DNA of 64,000 bases, taken from the NCBI GenBank assembly GCA_020137815.1, contig CM035353.1, positions 4,526,001 to 4,590,000 of the forward strand, read 5' to 3'. Position 1 is the stretch's first letter, and each line of letters starts with the position of its first letter. Shown here piece by piece: positions 14,576-26,999 of the stretch. The position numbers and the translations under genes are program-made. Origin of the DNA: Hormiphora californensis (lineage: Eukaryota > Animalia > Ctenophora). The notes under the pieces were generated by a model that was not told where the DNA came from, did not search any database, and worked only from the letters and a program-made list of their open reading frames with translations.

Positions 14576-15256
14576 AGGACATGAAGTGTCCCAGGCCCAA
14601 GATAAGGCTAGCACTCCTCTGTGTCAATGGGAGTTATTATGTTATTTTATCTTATTACATCTGTGTTGAATCTTATCTGCTGCAAATGTCAATATTGATA
14701 TATTGCACGCTCCCATTTAGGGATATAAGCTATAAATAATTTGCTACATTAAAAAAATAATAAGCCTGACCGAAAATGCGAATACTGTCACGTTAATAAC
14801 AGAACCTCTCATGTGTCAAACATTACGAAAACCCTGGCCAGCGCAAACCGGACAATTTCCAACTTTGGAGCTGACTACAGTTATGGAGGGAAGCTGAATC
14901 CCGCTACTTCATTCTCTTCTGAGGGTCCCCTCCAGGATGCCGGGGAAGCCTGGAATTTACCTACTATAAGTGCTATTGTAGGAGATAATGCCTCAAATGT
15001 GGTGAAAGCATGTGATGTTACATTGAACGTGAAAATCTATATGATATAAACCCCTCCCTTTTCAGCAGTCCAGTTAAACCTCTCATTTAAGCTGGTGAGA
15101 TAACCTTGACCGAGGGTTCTGATGCCATTGTCATATTTCTCCTAAAAATTTGGACTCCAAGTCCACTCTCAGACTTTTGGGTTAGGGTGTCTCAAGGTGT
15201 GAAGAGTTTCATTGTTTCACTCAAATCGTTAAACTTATCATGCCACACAGCATCAT

Positions 15257-15799
15257 ATGGATCATAACGTGTTAGCGTTGCTGAACACGATGAGGGTCGC
15301 CACCATGGCGGATTTATATGGAACTGGAAGGTATGGCTATCCTCCATCCCCGGCCCCGCCAGCGCTGCAGCTACAGCCACCCCCGGCCCTTGGACCCTCG
15401 CACCCCCCCCCCCGCCCAAGCCGCTACAAGCCGTTCCAGAAGAAAAAAAAGAGGCCGAGGAAGTGCTACAATTGTAACAAGGCGGGTCACCTCACGAGGC
15501 ATTGGTAAGTTATCAACAATCTAGATCAGGTGCCGACCCAAAGAAAATATTAATTATCAGATTTAACACATTTATTTCGTTTCAGCCGCACGGTGTTACC
15601 GAGGAATGCGGCAGGACCTCCCCCTCCACAACCAGCAATAGGACCTCCCCCTCCACCCCCACTCCAGATCCAGGTGCAGGTCTATCAGCTGGAGCCGGCA
15701 CGGACTGACCGTCCACCTCCTCCACCGCCACCCAGGGCGCCCACCCCGACCTTCGCACTGGAGTATTTTCCTATGCTCCACGCTCCACCAACACCATGA
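15257..15799 (+). CDS. Two-exon proline-rich CCHC zinc-knuckle protein (153 aa), copy 1
   Basis: Exons 15257-15504 and 15586-15799; intron GTAAGT...TTTCAG; splicing gives KKKKRPRK-CYNCNKAGHLTRHC-RTVLPRN... (CX2CX4HX4C). Confidence 0.75.
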
Positions 15800-15849
15800 T
15801 GTTATTTATTTTAAACTTTATTTGATAATAGATTGGAATCTAAGTTGGA

Positions 15850-16185
15850 ATCTTTGGATGAAATCAAGTAGAAGGCGCACTGTTTCGTAACAAAGGAGGA
15901 CCAAGATGACAGGATATTTTGTGAAATATGCCCGAAGTCAAAAGGGTAGAAGGTTCCGGACTGGATTAAAAATGAGGTCACCGGGAATTTCAATTCTTAA
16001 TGGTCCAAGATGCTCTACGAGCTAAGATGCCATTTGAAAAATGCTGGACATTTGCAAAATGAGGATCGCTATATTATGAAGATTGAAGGCCGAGAAAAAG
16101 AGAGGAGATGAATTTTGAAGACATAGAGCTCAACATTCTTGAGACTATGTACCATAACATCCAACATAATATAAGCACAGTTACA
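15850..16185 (+). pseudogene. hAT-like N-terminal zinc-finger fragment (also about 20955-21290)
   Basis: IFCEIC...LRCHLKNAGH...NILETMYHNIQHNIS with in-frame stops. Confidence 0.5.
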
Positions 16186-16192
16186 GCTACAG

Positions 16193-17013
16193 TAGGGTGT
16201 GACAAACGCCCCGACCTTCTTCGATTGCTCCAAATAATTTTTTGGGTGTGAGGTTTGACTTGAAATGAAATAATATGAAGTTTGAAGTCAATCGGATGTA
16301 ATTAAGGGGTCGCCGATAATTAATTATGATTTTACCTGTTGCGCGAGTGAAATTCGCCGTTTAAGTGACTTCCGGGAAGTTTTGGCGTTCCTCTCGAACA
16401 CTATCCGATCCGGAATGGCCATGTTTATATACAACTTATGAAGCAACATATGGTCTAAAATGCTTAGTTTTGGAGCTAGGAGCGATTTTCTGTTTGATAA
16501 CTTAGTCACGTGACATGTAGCTTACTGGGCATAAAATCGCCCATAGCGCCAAAACTAAGCATTTTAGGCCATATGTTGCTTCATAAGTCGTATATAAACA
16601 TGGCCATTCCGGAGCGGATCCTTTCGTCAAAAATCTATTTGGGACACCCGATTAGCCACAATCAGCATCTTGGCCCACACGCGTGACGTCATAATTGAAA
16701 TTCACTAATTCGCCCATAACTACAAAACTAAGCATTTTAGACCATATGTTGCTTCATAAGTTGTATATAAACATGGCCATTCCGGATCGGATAGTGTTCG
16801 AGAGGAACGCCAAAACTTCTCGGAAGTCGCTTAAACGGTGAATTTCACTCGCGCAACAGGTAAAATCATAATTAATTATCGGCGACCCCTTAATTACATC
16901 CGATTGACTTCAAACTTCATATTATTTCATTTCAAGTCGAACCTCACACACAAAAAAATATTTGGAGTGATTGGATGAATTTGAAAAAATGATGGGGCGT
17001 TTGTCACACCCTA
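16193..17013. mobile_element. hAT-type MITE (821 bp) with long inverted arms
   Basis: TAGGGTGTGACAAACGCCCC / GGGGCGTTTGTCACACCCTA; TSD AGCTACAG; empty site at about 21290 in the next duplicon. Confidence 0.93.
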
Positions 17014-17028
17014 AGCTACAGGTGTGTA

Positions 17029-18227
17029 CAGGGTGTCCCACTGTCTTTGCGTGACCTATGATTTTGAGTGATGAGTGGGTTCCATTCAAATGCTCATAAC
17101 TCATCGAAAAATTGGTCAAAACGGCTCAACCAAAAACAGTGTTGTAGAGAATTGTCAGGCGAACATTTGGGTACAAGATTGATGTTCCAAGTTTTACCAA
17201 CCGTCAGATATATCGTCTTAAAGTCAAAAATACGTGTTCATGAAATCCGACCGGGGTTCACGTTTTGAAAAATTCACAAATGCAAAGTTGCTCGGATCAC
17301 ATTGCATCCCTCATAAGAGTTGTAGGAAATTGTCTGGCGGTCATTTTGGTACCCGAGTTTTTGTCCTAGCTCAATGTTTAGAGTGTCTTATGACTGTCAG
17401 AACTGGAATTTTCACAAAAGTGGTCTCAGGTATCGCATTACATTTTGCCCTGTTATGAAGCTCATTGCTGCTTGAATAACATCTTAGTGCATGATAGGGT
17501 TGAGATAGACCACTTGCGTATCCTACACATTAACAGGGGCCTTGCCAAATCGTCATAACAACCCTGTCAAGTGTCTAGATGAAATTGAGACGATATGTGC
17601 TGATTATCATGGGATTACACACGACACCGAGCCACCTAATTAGGCGTTGTGAGCCGATACCAACTAAGACTCAGCGTAGACAAATCCTTATGTTCCTACA
17701 GTCATAACGCAACTAAAACGTAGAGCTATGGATAAAATCATGGTATCAAAATGAACCTTAGACGATTCCAATGAAGCCCTTATAAATTTCAAACCATTTT
17801 ACCCATTTGTTGATGACACGTGATCCCCTCAAAAATGTTGGTTGAATTTCGTCTTTAGACAGTCATAAGACAGTCTAAACATTAAGCTAGGACAAAAACC
17901 CGGGTACCAAAGTGACCGCCAGACAGTTTCCTACAACTCTTATGAGGGATGCAATGTGATCCGAGCAACTTTGCATATGTGAATTTTTCAAAACGTGAAC
18001 CCCGGTCGGATTTCATGAACACGTATTTTTGACTTTAAGACGATATATCTGACGGTTGGTAAAACTTGGAACATCAATCTTGTACCCAAATGTTCGCCTG
18101 ACAATTCTCTACAACACCGTTTTTGGTTGAGCCGTTTTGACCAATTTTTCGATGAGTTATGAGCATTTGAATGGAACCCACTCATCACCCAAAATCACAG
18201 GTCACGCAAAGACAGTGGGACACCCTG
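17029..18227. mobile_element. Tc1/mariner-type MITE (1199 bp) with about 370-bp TIRs
   Basis: TA-CAGGGTGTCCCACTGTCTTTGCG...CGCAAAGACAGTGGGACACCCTG-TA; empty site GGTGTGTAATGTAG at about 21297-21310. Confidence 0.93.
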
Positions 18228-19379
18228 TAATGTAGACAGTGGGCTATTTTATCTTAATTCTCAACCAACATTATAACATTGTTTATAATATCGAACTTCT
18301 TTATGTATACATATCATCGGGTGAAAATCTATATGATATAAACCCCTCCCTTTCCAGCAGTCCAGTTTAACCTCTCACAAGCTGGTGAGAGGTTCTGATG
18401 CCATAGCAACCAACAAGATGCGAAAAAAAGCTCTCCGTCCGTAAAAAGAAACGTTATGATCGGAGACCTCTTTTGAGAAAAACAATCGATTTGTGTGTTG
18501 CTAGTGTGGGAGAAGGTACTCCCGTAGATGAAAGAGGTGCAAGTTTTTTGATATGCCCGCTATTAAGAATCCGGATATTACTGTAATATTGAAATATAAT
18601 AATATGATTAAGAAGAAAATAATGGGTAGAAACAGTCTTCATGCACTATGAATAATTTGTTACATTAAAAAGAGAATAAGCCTAACCGAAAATGCGAATA
18701 CTGTGGTGCTAATATATATAACAGAACCTCCCATGTGTCAAACATGCTTTATGGTTCTCACGACTAACTGAAATGGGTGGGACACTCTAGGGGAGCAATG
18801 AGGACGTACTGAAAAAATTTTGAAAAATATGAAATCATTGCTTCGGGCAAACTGGATTAGGACAGGTAGGTGATGGGGAATAAATTGCTCCAGGAGTTGA
18901 AGTGCCCAAAGATCAGGCTGGCACTCCTCTGTGTAAATGGGATCCTGGAAGCCATGGCCCCATTCTCTGTTGAGCTCCAGAAGCCAGGACTCCCATTGGA
19001 CAGGTGGGCCACTATTACCATGGCTGTGAGGGAGGGATTCAAGAGGTTGTCTGTGAAGACTTCCTCTGCAGCCTGCGTCCAGTTCTTCACCACCCAGGAG
19101 AGGGTGATTGCTCTCTAGAGAATCCTACTTAACTGAACCACCGCACAACATTTGTATGATGCAAGACACTTCAGTAGGACACGAACCGGCAGGTAGTGGA
19201 CTATTCAAGGACATGAAGTGTCCCAGGCCCAAGATAAGGCTAGCACTCCTCTGTGTCAATGGGATTTATTTTATTATTTTATCTTATTACATCTGTGTTG
19301 AATCTTATCTGCTACATTGAAATATTACACGCTCCCATTTAAGGTAGAGGCAGTCGTCATAAGCTATATATAATCTGGT

Positions 19380-20030
19380 ACATTAAAAAGAGAATAAATC
19401 TGACCGAAAATGCGAATACAGGCACGCTAATAACAGAACCTCCCATGTGTCAAACATTACCGAAACCCTGGCCAGCGGGAAAATGACAACTTTGGAGCTA
19501 AATGACCGTCTCAAAATACTCAGTAAAGTCTTGACTAATTCCCTTTATCTCAAGACACTCATCAACTTCTTGTGGACAGAGATCGCCGTGCCGTACCTCT
19601 GATTCGAGACAGGGGAGGACGTGACGGAATCCCACACACCATGGAGCTTCCTCTTTCATGCAGCTCAATCCGGCGTTACCATACCCAGGAGTGACAACAT
19701 GAGTAAAAAATCATCCCAGACCTAGATACCAAACTTCAATTACTTCTATCTAGTGAGCTTGCCAAAGCTGCCATTGATTCTGTGGCGGTCACCACAGATA
19801 TATTGGACTTCGCTCCAACAGGATTCTTACATTTCCGTGCATTTCATCTCAACCTCGTGGGAAAGAAAAACTTTGATCTTGAAGTGCAGTTATTTTCCTG
19901 AGGCTCACACTGGAGCGAATATATACAAACATGGATCGCCAATGCCGGGGAAGCCTGGAATTTACCTACTATAAGTGCTATTGTAGGAGATAATGCCTCA
20001 AATGTGGTGAAAGCATGTGATGTTACATTG
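19380..20030 (+). pseudogene. ZBED/Ac-like hAT transposase fragments (BED-like finger + catalytic region)
   Basis: KCEY...VSNIT; VAVTTD / WTSLQQDSYISVHFI...FPEAHTGANI; EAWNLPTISAIVGDNASNVVKAC; frameshifted. Shorter pieces at 14760-15030 and 22930-23030. Confidence 0.8.
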
Positions 20031-20260
20031 AACGTGAAAATCTATATGATATAAACCCCTCCCTTTTCCAGCAGTCCAGTTTAACCTCTCACAAGCTGGT
20101 GAGATAACCTTGACCGAGGGTTCTGATGCCATTGTCATATTTCTCCTAAAAATTTGGACTCCAAGTCCACTCTCAGACTTTTGGGTTAGGGTGTCTCAAG
20201 GTGTGAAGAGTTTCATTGTTTCACTCAAATCGTTAAACTTATCATGCCACACAGCATCAT

Positions 20261-20879
20261 ATGGATCATAACGTGTTAGCGTTGCTGAACACGATGAGGG
20301 TCGCCACCATGGCGGATTTATATGGAACTGGAAGGTATGGCTATCCTCCACCCCCGGCCCCGCCAGCGCTGCAGCTACAGCCACCCCGGCCCTTGGACCC
20401 TCGCACCCCCCCCCCCCCCCCCCGCCCAAGCCGCTCCAAGCCGTTCCAGAAGAAAAAAAAGAGGCCGAGGAAGTGCTTCAATTGTAACAAGGCGGGTCAC
20501 CTCACGAGGCATTGGTAAGTTATCAACAATCTAGATCAGGTGCCGACAGGCACCTCCGACCCGAAGAAAATATTAATTATCAGAGATTGATAAAATTCAA
20601 ATTATAGATATTTTGCCATGTAATGCTGTTTTATTATAAGATTTAACACATTTATTTCGTTTCAGCCGCACGGTGTTACCGAGGAATGCGGCAGGACCTC
20701 CCCCTCCACAACCAGCGATAGGACCTCCCCCTCCACCCCCACTCCAGATCCAGGTGCAGGTCTATCAGCTGGAGCCGGCACGGACTGACCGTCCACCTCC
20801 TCCACCGCCACCCAGGGCGCCCACCCCGACCTTCGCACTGGAGTATTTTCCTATGCTCCACGCTCCACCAACACCATGA
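20261..20879 (+). CDS. Two-exon proline-rich CCHC zinc-knuckle protein (155 aa), copy 2
   Basis: Exons 20261-20514 and 20666-20879; 151-bp GT-AG intron at the same position; CFNCNKAGHLTRHC after splicing. Confidence 0.75.
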
Positions 20880-23800
20880 TGTTATTTTTAAATTTTATTT
20901 ATTTTAAACTTTATTTGATAATAGATTAATGAAGGTTTTCATTTCTAAGTTGGAATCTTTGGATGAAATCAAGTAGAAGGCGCACTGTTTCGTAACAAAG
21001 GAGGACCAAGATGACAGGATATTTTGTGAAATATGCCCGAAGTCAAAAGGGTAGAAGGTTCCGGACTGGATTAAAAATGAGGACACCGGGAATTTCAATT
21101 CTTAATGGTCCAAGATGCTCTACGAGCTAAGATGCCATTTGAAAAATGCTGGACATTTGCAAAATGAGGATCGCCATATTATGAAGATTGAAGGCCGAGA
21201 AAAAGAGAGGAGATGAATTTTGAAGACATAGAGCTCAACATTCTTGAGACTATGTACCATAACATCCAACATAATATAAGCACAGTTACAGCTACAGGTG
21301 TGTAATGTAGGCAGTGGGTTATTTTATCTCAATTCTCAACCAACATTATAACATTGTTTCTAATATCGAACTTCTTTATGTATAAATATCATCGGGTGAA
21401 AATCTATATGGTATAAACCCCTCCCTTTCCAGCAGTCCAGTTTAACCTCTCACAAGCTGGTGAGATAACCTTGACCGAGGGTTCTGATGCCATAGCAACC
21501 AACAAGATGCGAAAAAAGCTCTCTATCCGTAAGAAGAAAAGTTATGATCGGAGACCTCTTTTGAGAAAAACAATCGATTTGTGTGTTGCTAGTGTGGGGG
21601 AAGGTACTTGAGGCAGTCAGCGCGGCCTATAGCTTTTTAGGCCGTGCGCGCCGCGCTCAAGCCGTAGCTTGAGTAGAGATTTTATATGATTGACATGATG
21701 ACTTGTGATTTACGATGTTCACTTCTTGATACAACAAAACAAATGTGTTTTAACTTATCAAAGTATAATCAAAGATCTAGTTAGTAATCAAAGATAAAGT
21801 TATCCTTCACTTAGGGCCCAAGGTATTACAATGGAAAAGAAAAGATGAAAGAGGTGGACCTCAGTCAGCGGTGTAAGTTTTTTTGATATGCCTGCTATTA
21901 AGAATCCGGATATATCCGGATTCTTAATAGCAGGATATATCCAAACATTAGAAAGAGCACATTTATGTGTAATAACATATTACTGTAATATTGAAATATA
22001 ATAATATGATCAAGAAGAAAATTATGGGTAGAAACAGTCTTCATGCACTATAAATAATTTGTTACATGAAAAAGAGAATAAGCCTAACCGAAAATGCGAA
22101 TACTGTGGCGCTAATAACAGAACCTCCCATGTGTCAAACATGCTTTATGGTTCTCACGACTAACTGAAATGGGTGGGACACTCCAGGGGAGCAATGAGGA
22201 CGTACTGGACCAACCTGGAAAGAATCATTGCCTCGGGCAAACTGGATCAGGACAGGCAGGTGGTGGGGAATAAATTGCTCCAGGAGATGAAGTGCCCAAA
22301 GATCAGGCTGGCACTCCTCTGTGTAAATGGGATCCTGGAAGCCATGGCCCCATTTTCTGCTGAGCTCCAGAAGCCAGGACTCCCATTGGACAGGTGGGCC
22401 ACCCGTACCATGGCGGTGAGGGAGGAATTCAAGAGGTTGTCTGTGAAGACTTCCTCTGCAGCCTGCCTCCAGTTCTTCACCACCCAGGAGAGGGTCATTG
22501 CTCTCTAGAGAATCCTACATAACTGAACCACCGCACAACATTTGTATGATGCAAGACACTTCAGTTGGTATGGTTTCAATATGCCAATATTATTTCCACT
22601 GGTCCCTTTCGAAAGTTGAGGAGTTAACACAAGTGGCTCCAACTCTTTGGGCCAGTCTGTACAATATTCTAAATTGTACGGATACTAACCACCCAGGAGA
22701 GGGTCATTGCTTCGGGAAAATTTGACACGAACCGGCAGGTAGTGGACTATTCAAGGACATGAAGTGTCCCAGCCCAAGATAAGGCTAGCACTCCTCTGTG
22801 TCAATGGGAGTTATTATGTTATGTTATCTTATTACATCTGTGTTGAATCTTATCTGCTGCAAATGTCAATATTGATATATTGCACGCTCTCATTTAGGGA
22901 TATAAGCTATAAATAATTTGCTACATTAAAAAAAAATAATAAGCCTGACCAAAAATGCGAATAATGTCACGTTAATAACAGAACCTCTTATGTGTCAAAC
23001 ATTACGAAAACCCTGGCCAGCGGAAACCGGAAAATTTCCAACTTTGGAGCTGACTACAGTTATGGAGGGAAGCTACTTCATTCCCATCTGAGGGTCCCCT
23101 CCACGATATCATAACATCACTGTTAGGTACCATTGGAGAGCATAACTCATGCCTCGCCACACTGTACAGAAACGGTGTTCATGATATCATATAGTATCTA
23201 AACTACTCCTAAATTAATATCCTGGATATCCAACAACTTCCAGTAATAGAAAAAGAGATAAATGAATGGTACAGTAGCTGTATTCTCTAGGCACCTCTGT
23301 GCAGTGCAGTACTGGCCTTATAAAATTACTCAACCGGAACCGAGCTCCAAAAGAGTGTATTTGGTGATTTTGGATATTATGATCAGAAGGAAGAGATAAA
23401 GAATAAGATTTGAAAGGACTGGAAGAGCAAGTACAGATCATGGATGTTGAGTTATGGTTTTAGAGCGGAGATCATTTTACAGTGGAACAGATCCCAGAAC
23501 GAAATGTGCGACGACAGGTGCTTGATCCGCTATAACAGCAAATCGAAGAGCTAGTAGCTAACTGTGGTTGGAGATGTAGTATAGATGGAAACTTGGCAAA
23601 CCAGCGCCATAATAGGACACAAACAAATCGCGACCAGGAAGATAAACAAAACAAAACTATTATACAGCTGTATTAAACTAGATTTTCTTCATTATAATAT
23701 GATTACAAGTTATTGGTAATAAGATGGTTGAGTGTGAATATGTAAAATGTATGCACTAACCTGATCTGTCGTTGTAACTTTTCTATTTATCGTTTTAAGG

Positions 23801-25000
23801 TTGTCCTGTAAGTAATGCATCAGCAGTTTTATATCAGCTGGTTGCATTGGCCTCTCCTTAGGATTTCAACGGGTCTTCTCGCACTATCAGTCAACTAAGA
23901 GGAAAATAAAATCCAAATTAGAGAACTTGATACTAAAAGCAAATTGAAAAATGCAACACACTAACCATGACATTCGGGGTATTTTTTCTTAATTTCAGTT
24001 TCCCAGAACTGTGAAACAGTGAAGTTGGCGGAGACCATTCAGACTGCTTCAGACTCCCTGTGTATCGCTTGGTCATCTCTATTTGGGTTACAAACAAATG
24101 GGTAGAAAGTTGAGGTTAATCGATATAATTTCCAGGCCCGTCGTTGCTTGATAACATTATATAACAAGTTACAAGACTGCAAGATAGATAATCGATACCG
24201 CCTAACCACTAATTACTAAACCACTCATTCGTCTTTGCAAAATTAAATCTCTGAGAAATTAAAAATTCCGAGCACCAACTACATCGGCTAGACCGAAAGG
24301 AAAGCGTTAAGCCAGGGTCTTCTGAGTGCTTAGGCTAACACTGTTAGAACTCATGGCTAAGTTTTTTAGGGTTAGGGCTTAAGTGAGGCCCGGGTTACGG
24401 CGGAAGTTGGAGTTTGAAAATGAATGAAAATGAACATCACAATTTATATTAGAGTCATTAACAGACTCTTCCCGCTCTTACACTATAGACCTATATAGTT
24501 AAGTATATAAATCCTACAAGGTTTAAGTTTAAGTTTAAGTTTAAGTTTACGCACAATTTATCACAAAGTCACACAATTAATATATAACTTCGTCCCGCTC
24601 TTACACCATACACTAATAAAGTGATACAAGGCTGAGAGGTGAAAATATACAGTTCACATCAGCGGTTTCCTAAAGCGGTTTAAACAATACTTAGAGACAG
24701 TGATACACATCCTAGTAGCATTAGATGCACAAAATACGAGGAACAAGGGGTTATAGAAAACAAGGTAACGAACTAACAAAACAAGCAGACAAACATAAAA
24801 ACAGATTAAACAGAATACACAAAGTCACAGACGCAAAACACAACATCAGCAGTCAATACAAAACGGTTAATACAAAAACATACTAACACACGTACAAACA
24901 CATTCACAGACAAACAGACAATCACAAACACATACACACAGATTCGGTAATAAATAAATAATAAATTAGCTGTCCTTCAAACACACACTCACTGAAGAGT

Positions 25001-25139
25001 CCTTGACAAGTTTTTTATCGAGAAAAACGTATTGGGAAAAACGGTATCCTTGACAAGTTTTTTATCGAGAAAAACGTATTGAGAAAAACGGTATCCTTGA
25101 CAAGTTTTTTATCGAGAAAAACGTATTGAGAAAAACGGT
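25001..25139. repeat. 47-bp tandem repeat x3
   Basis: CCTTGACAAGTTTTTTATCGAGAAAAACGTATTG.GAAAAACGGT at 25001, 25048 and 25095. Confidence 0.95.
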
Positions 25140-25458
25140 GTGTATGGTCTTCTTTCTTCATTCTTCGGCATAAAACTCAGCCAGTCTGGAACCTCAGCTA
25201 CTCAAACTCTGCTAAACAACTCAGAGGCCAGAAAATGTTAACAATTTACACAAAATGCACACTTGAAAATATTAACTCATTGACTCAGTCATAGGTGGTC
25301 CCTCTACTAAGTCTCAGGTAGATGTAGGAAGGAATGGTGTAGAAAGTAGGAAGGGATGTAGGAAGGAATATAGGAAGGAATGGTGCAGAGTAGAGACAGT
25401 AGGTCAGGTGGGATGTAAGGAAGCTGGAGAGAGGGTCTGGAAGAAGAGACAGCACCTA

Positions 25459-26020
25459 GGACACGGGAAACCCAGGAACGAACCAGGTAAGGACAGGGAG
25501 GCAGACTATTTAGTTCCATGGAACTGCAGGAAGAAATGATGTAGGATTGAGAAAGCAGGTCATAGGTGGGATATAGGGGAGCTGGAGTGTGGGTCTGGAA
25601 ATAGGGCGTGGTGGCAATGGTAGCGAGAGACAGCAGACAGGACACGAGAACCTAGGTACGAACCAGGTAAGGACAGGGAGGTAGACTATTTAGTTCCAGG
25701 AAGAAATGATATAGGATTGTGTCAGCAGGTCATAGGTGGGATATAAGGGAGCTGGAGTGTGGGTCTGGAAATAGGGCGTGATGGCAGTGATCGCGAGAGA
25801 CAGCAGACAGGACACGAGAGCCCAGGAGCGAACCATGTAAGGACAGGGAGGCAGACTATTTAGTTCCAGGAAGGAATGATGTAGGATTTAGACAGCAGGT
25901 CATAGGTGGGATATAAGGGAGCTGGAGTGTGGGTCTGGAAGTAGGGTAGTGGTGGCAGTGATAGCGAGAGACAGCAGACAGGACACGGGAACCCAGGTAC
26001 GAACCAGGTAAGGCCAAGGG
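25459..26020. repeat. About 170-180-bp tandem repeat (about 3.3 units) in the LINE 3' UTR
   Basis: GGACACG... units start at 25459, 25640, 25810 and 25981. Confidence 0.9.
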
Positions 26021-26283
26021 AGGGATCTATTTCCCAAAAGTTGTGAAACAGGATCAGATTTAGAACCGCATGCAAGGAATATTATAGGCAGGGAATAATG
26101 AGGCGTTTATGTGCAGAGCAGCTGGAGCCTGGGGGAAAACAACAGATTTACTGTGAGGTTAACTGGACTGGGTGCCCAGGAAATGATGCAGGTAGATTTG
26201 TGCCGGGAAGATGGTGCGGTACTGATATAATGCCGAGTGAGGTTTATTCAGGTCCATAAGCCAAAGTAAACATATGGGTTTTC

Positions 26284-26999
26284 TTGGTATCGAAGACACC
26301 TCACACTCTGTTTAGAGGTATCAGAAGGGCTTGCCCTATTTTTATAGCGCGCCCAAAACGTTATACTGAGCACTGAAAAGTTGTAGTCTACACTACATAG
26401 TTCTAGCTAAGGGGTTTGAGCCGCGCACAGGGCCACACCGAGACCAAATCTCGTTACTTTCCTGATTTCTTTGACACAAACAAGTATTGCAGAGCGGCCA
26501 ATAGAGCTGGCGGTTTCAAACTTCGTCCGTATTCGGAGGGATAGATTAGCAGTTCAGTGTTTCAAACCAGGTTTAATTTGGCAAAGTAGAAGCTGAGTTA
26601 CAACATGTTTTGTACAAATGGTTCAACTTCAAGACCTTTTTAATTTTGATGGCCAGACCTTTCAAGATAGAAACTTCAAACTTTGCCACGATCTTTGATA
26701 TGATGTTAAGCATACCTGACCTACTTTTTCAAAAAATTTTTTCATCATTAACACCTAAAACTGATTTCAAAACCAAGGTTCCGGGGATAATTTTTTAAAT
26801 ATGAGTACAGAATTATAATTTTCAGACAATTTGGTGGGGAATACCAAAATTTGGTGCATTTTCATTGAGTGGTTGAGGAGCTATTAATTTTTGAAGTGAA
26901 TCAAAGCGGGTTTGTTACCCCTACTCAGGCCGCTTCGCGGCCTTCGTTTGGCGTGCTTCGCACGCCGCGCCGGCAAGGGAGGGGTAACTTCGTTACCAA
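26284..26999. mobile_element. Non-autonomous DNA transposon with 9-bp TSD (Mutator-like), 716 bp
   Basis: Short imperfect TIR TTGGTATCGAAG / CTTCGTTACCAA; TSD TGGGTTTTC at 26275-26283 and 27000-27008; splits the last codons of ORF2. Superfamily inferred from TSD length only. Confidence 0.8.

Larger units (their letters stand above)
14051..23100 (+). repeat. Tandem segmental triplication (units start at about 14051, 18620, 22020; third unit partial)
   Basis: Shared start ATGGGTAGA.ACAGTCTTCATGCACTAT and collinear blocks; units differ by MITE insertions and deletions. Confidence 0.92.

Noticed and set aside
17068-18188. Near-identical 66-aa ORFs on opposite strands
   Set aside because: By-product of MITE terminal inverted repeats; no transposase motif.
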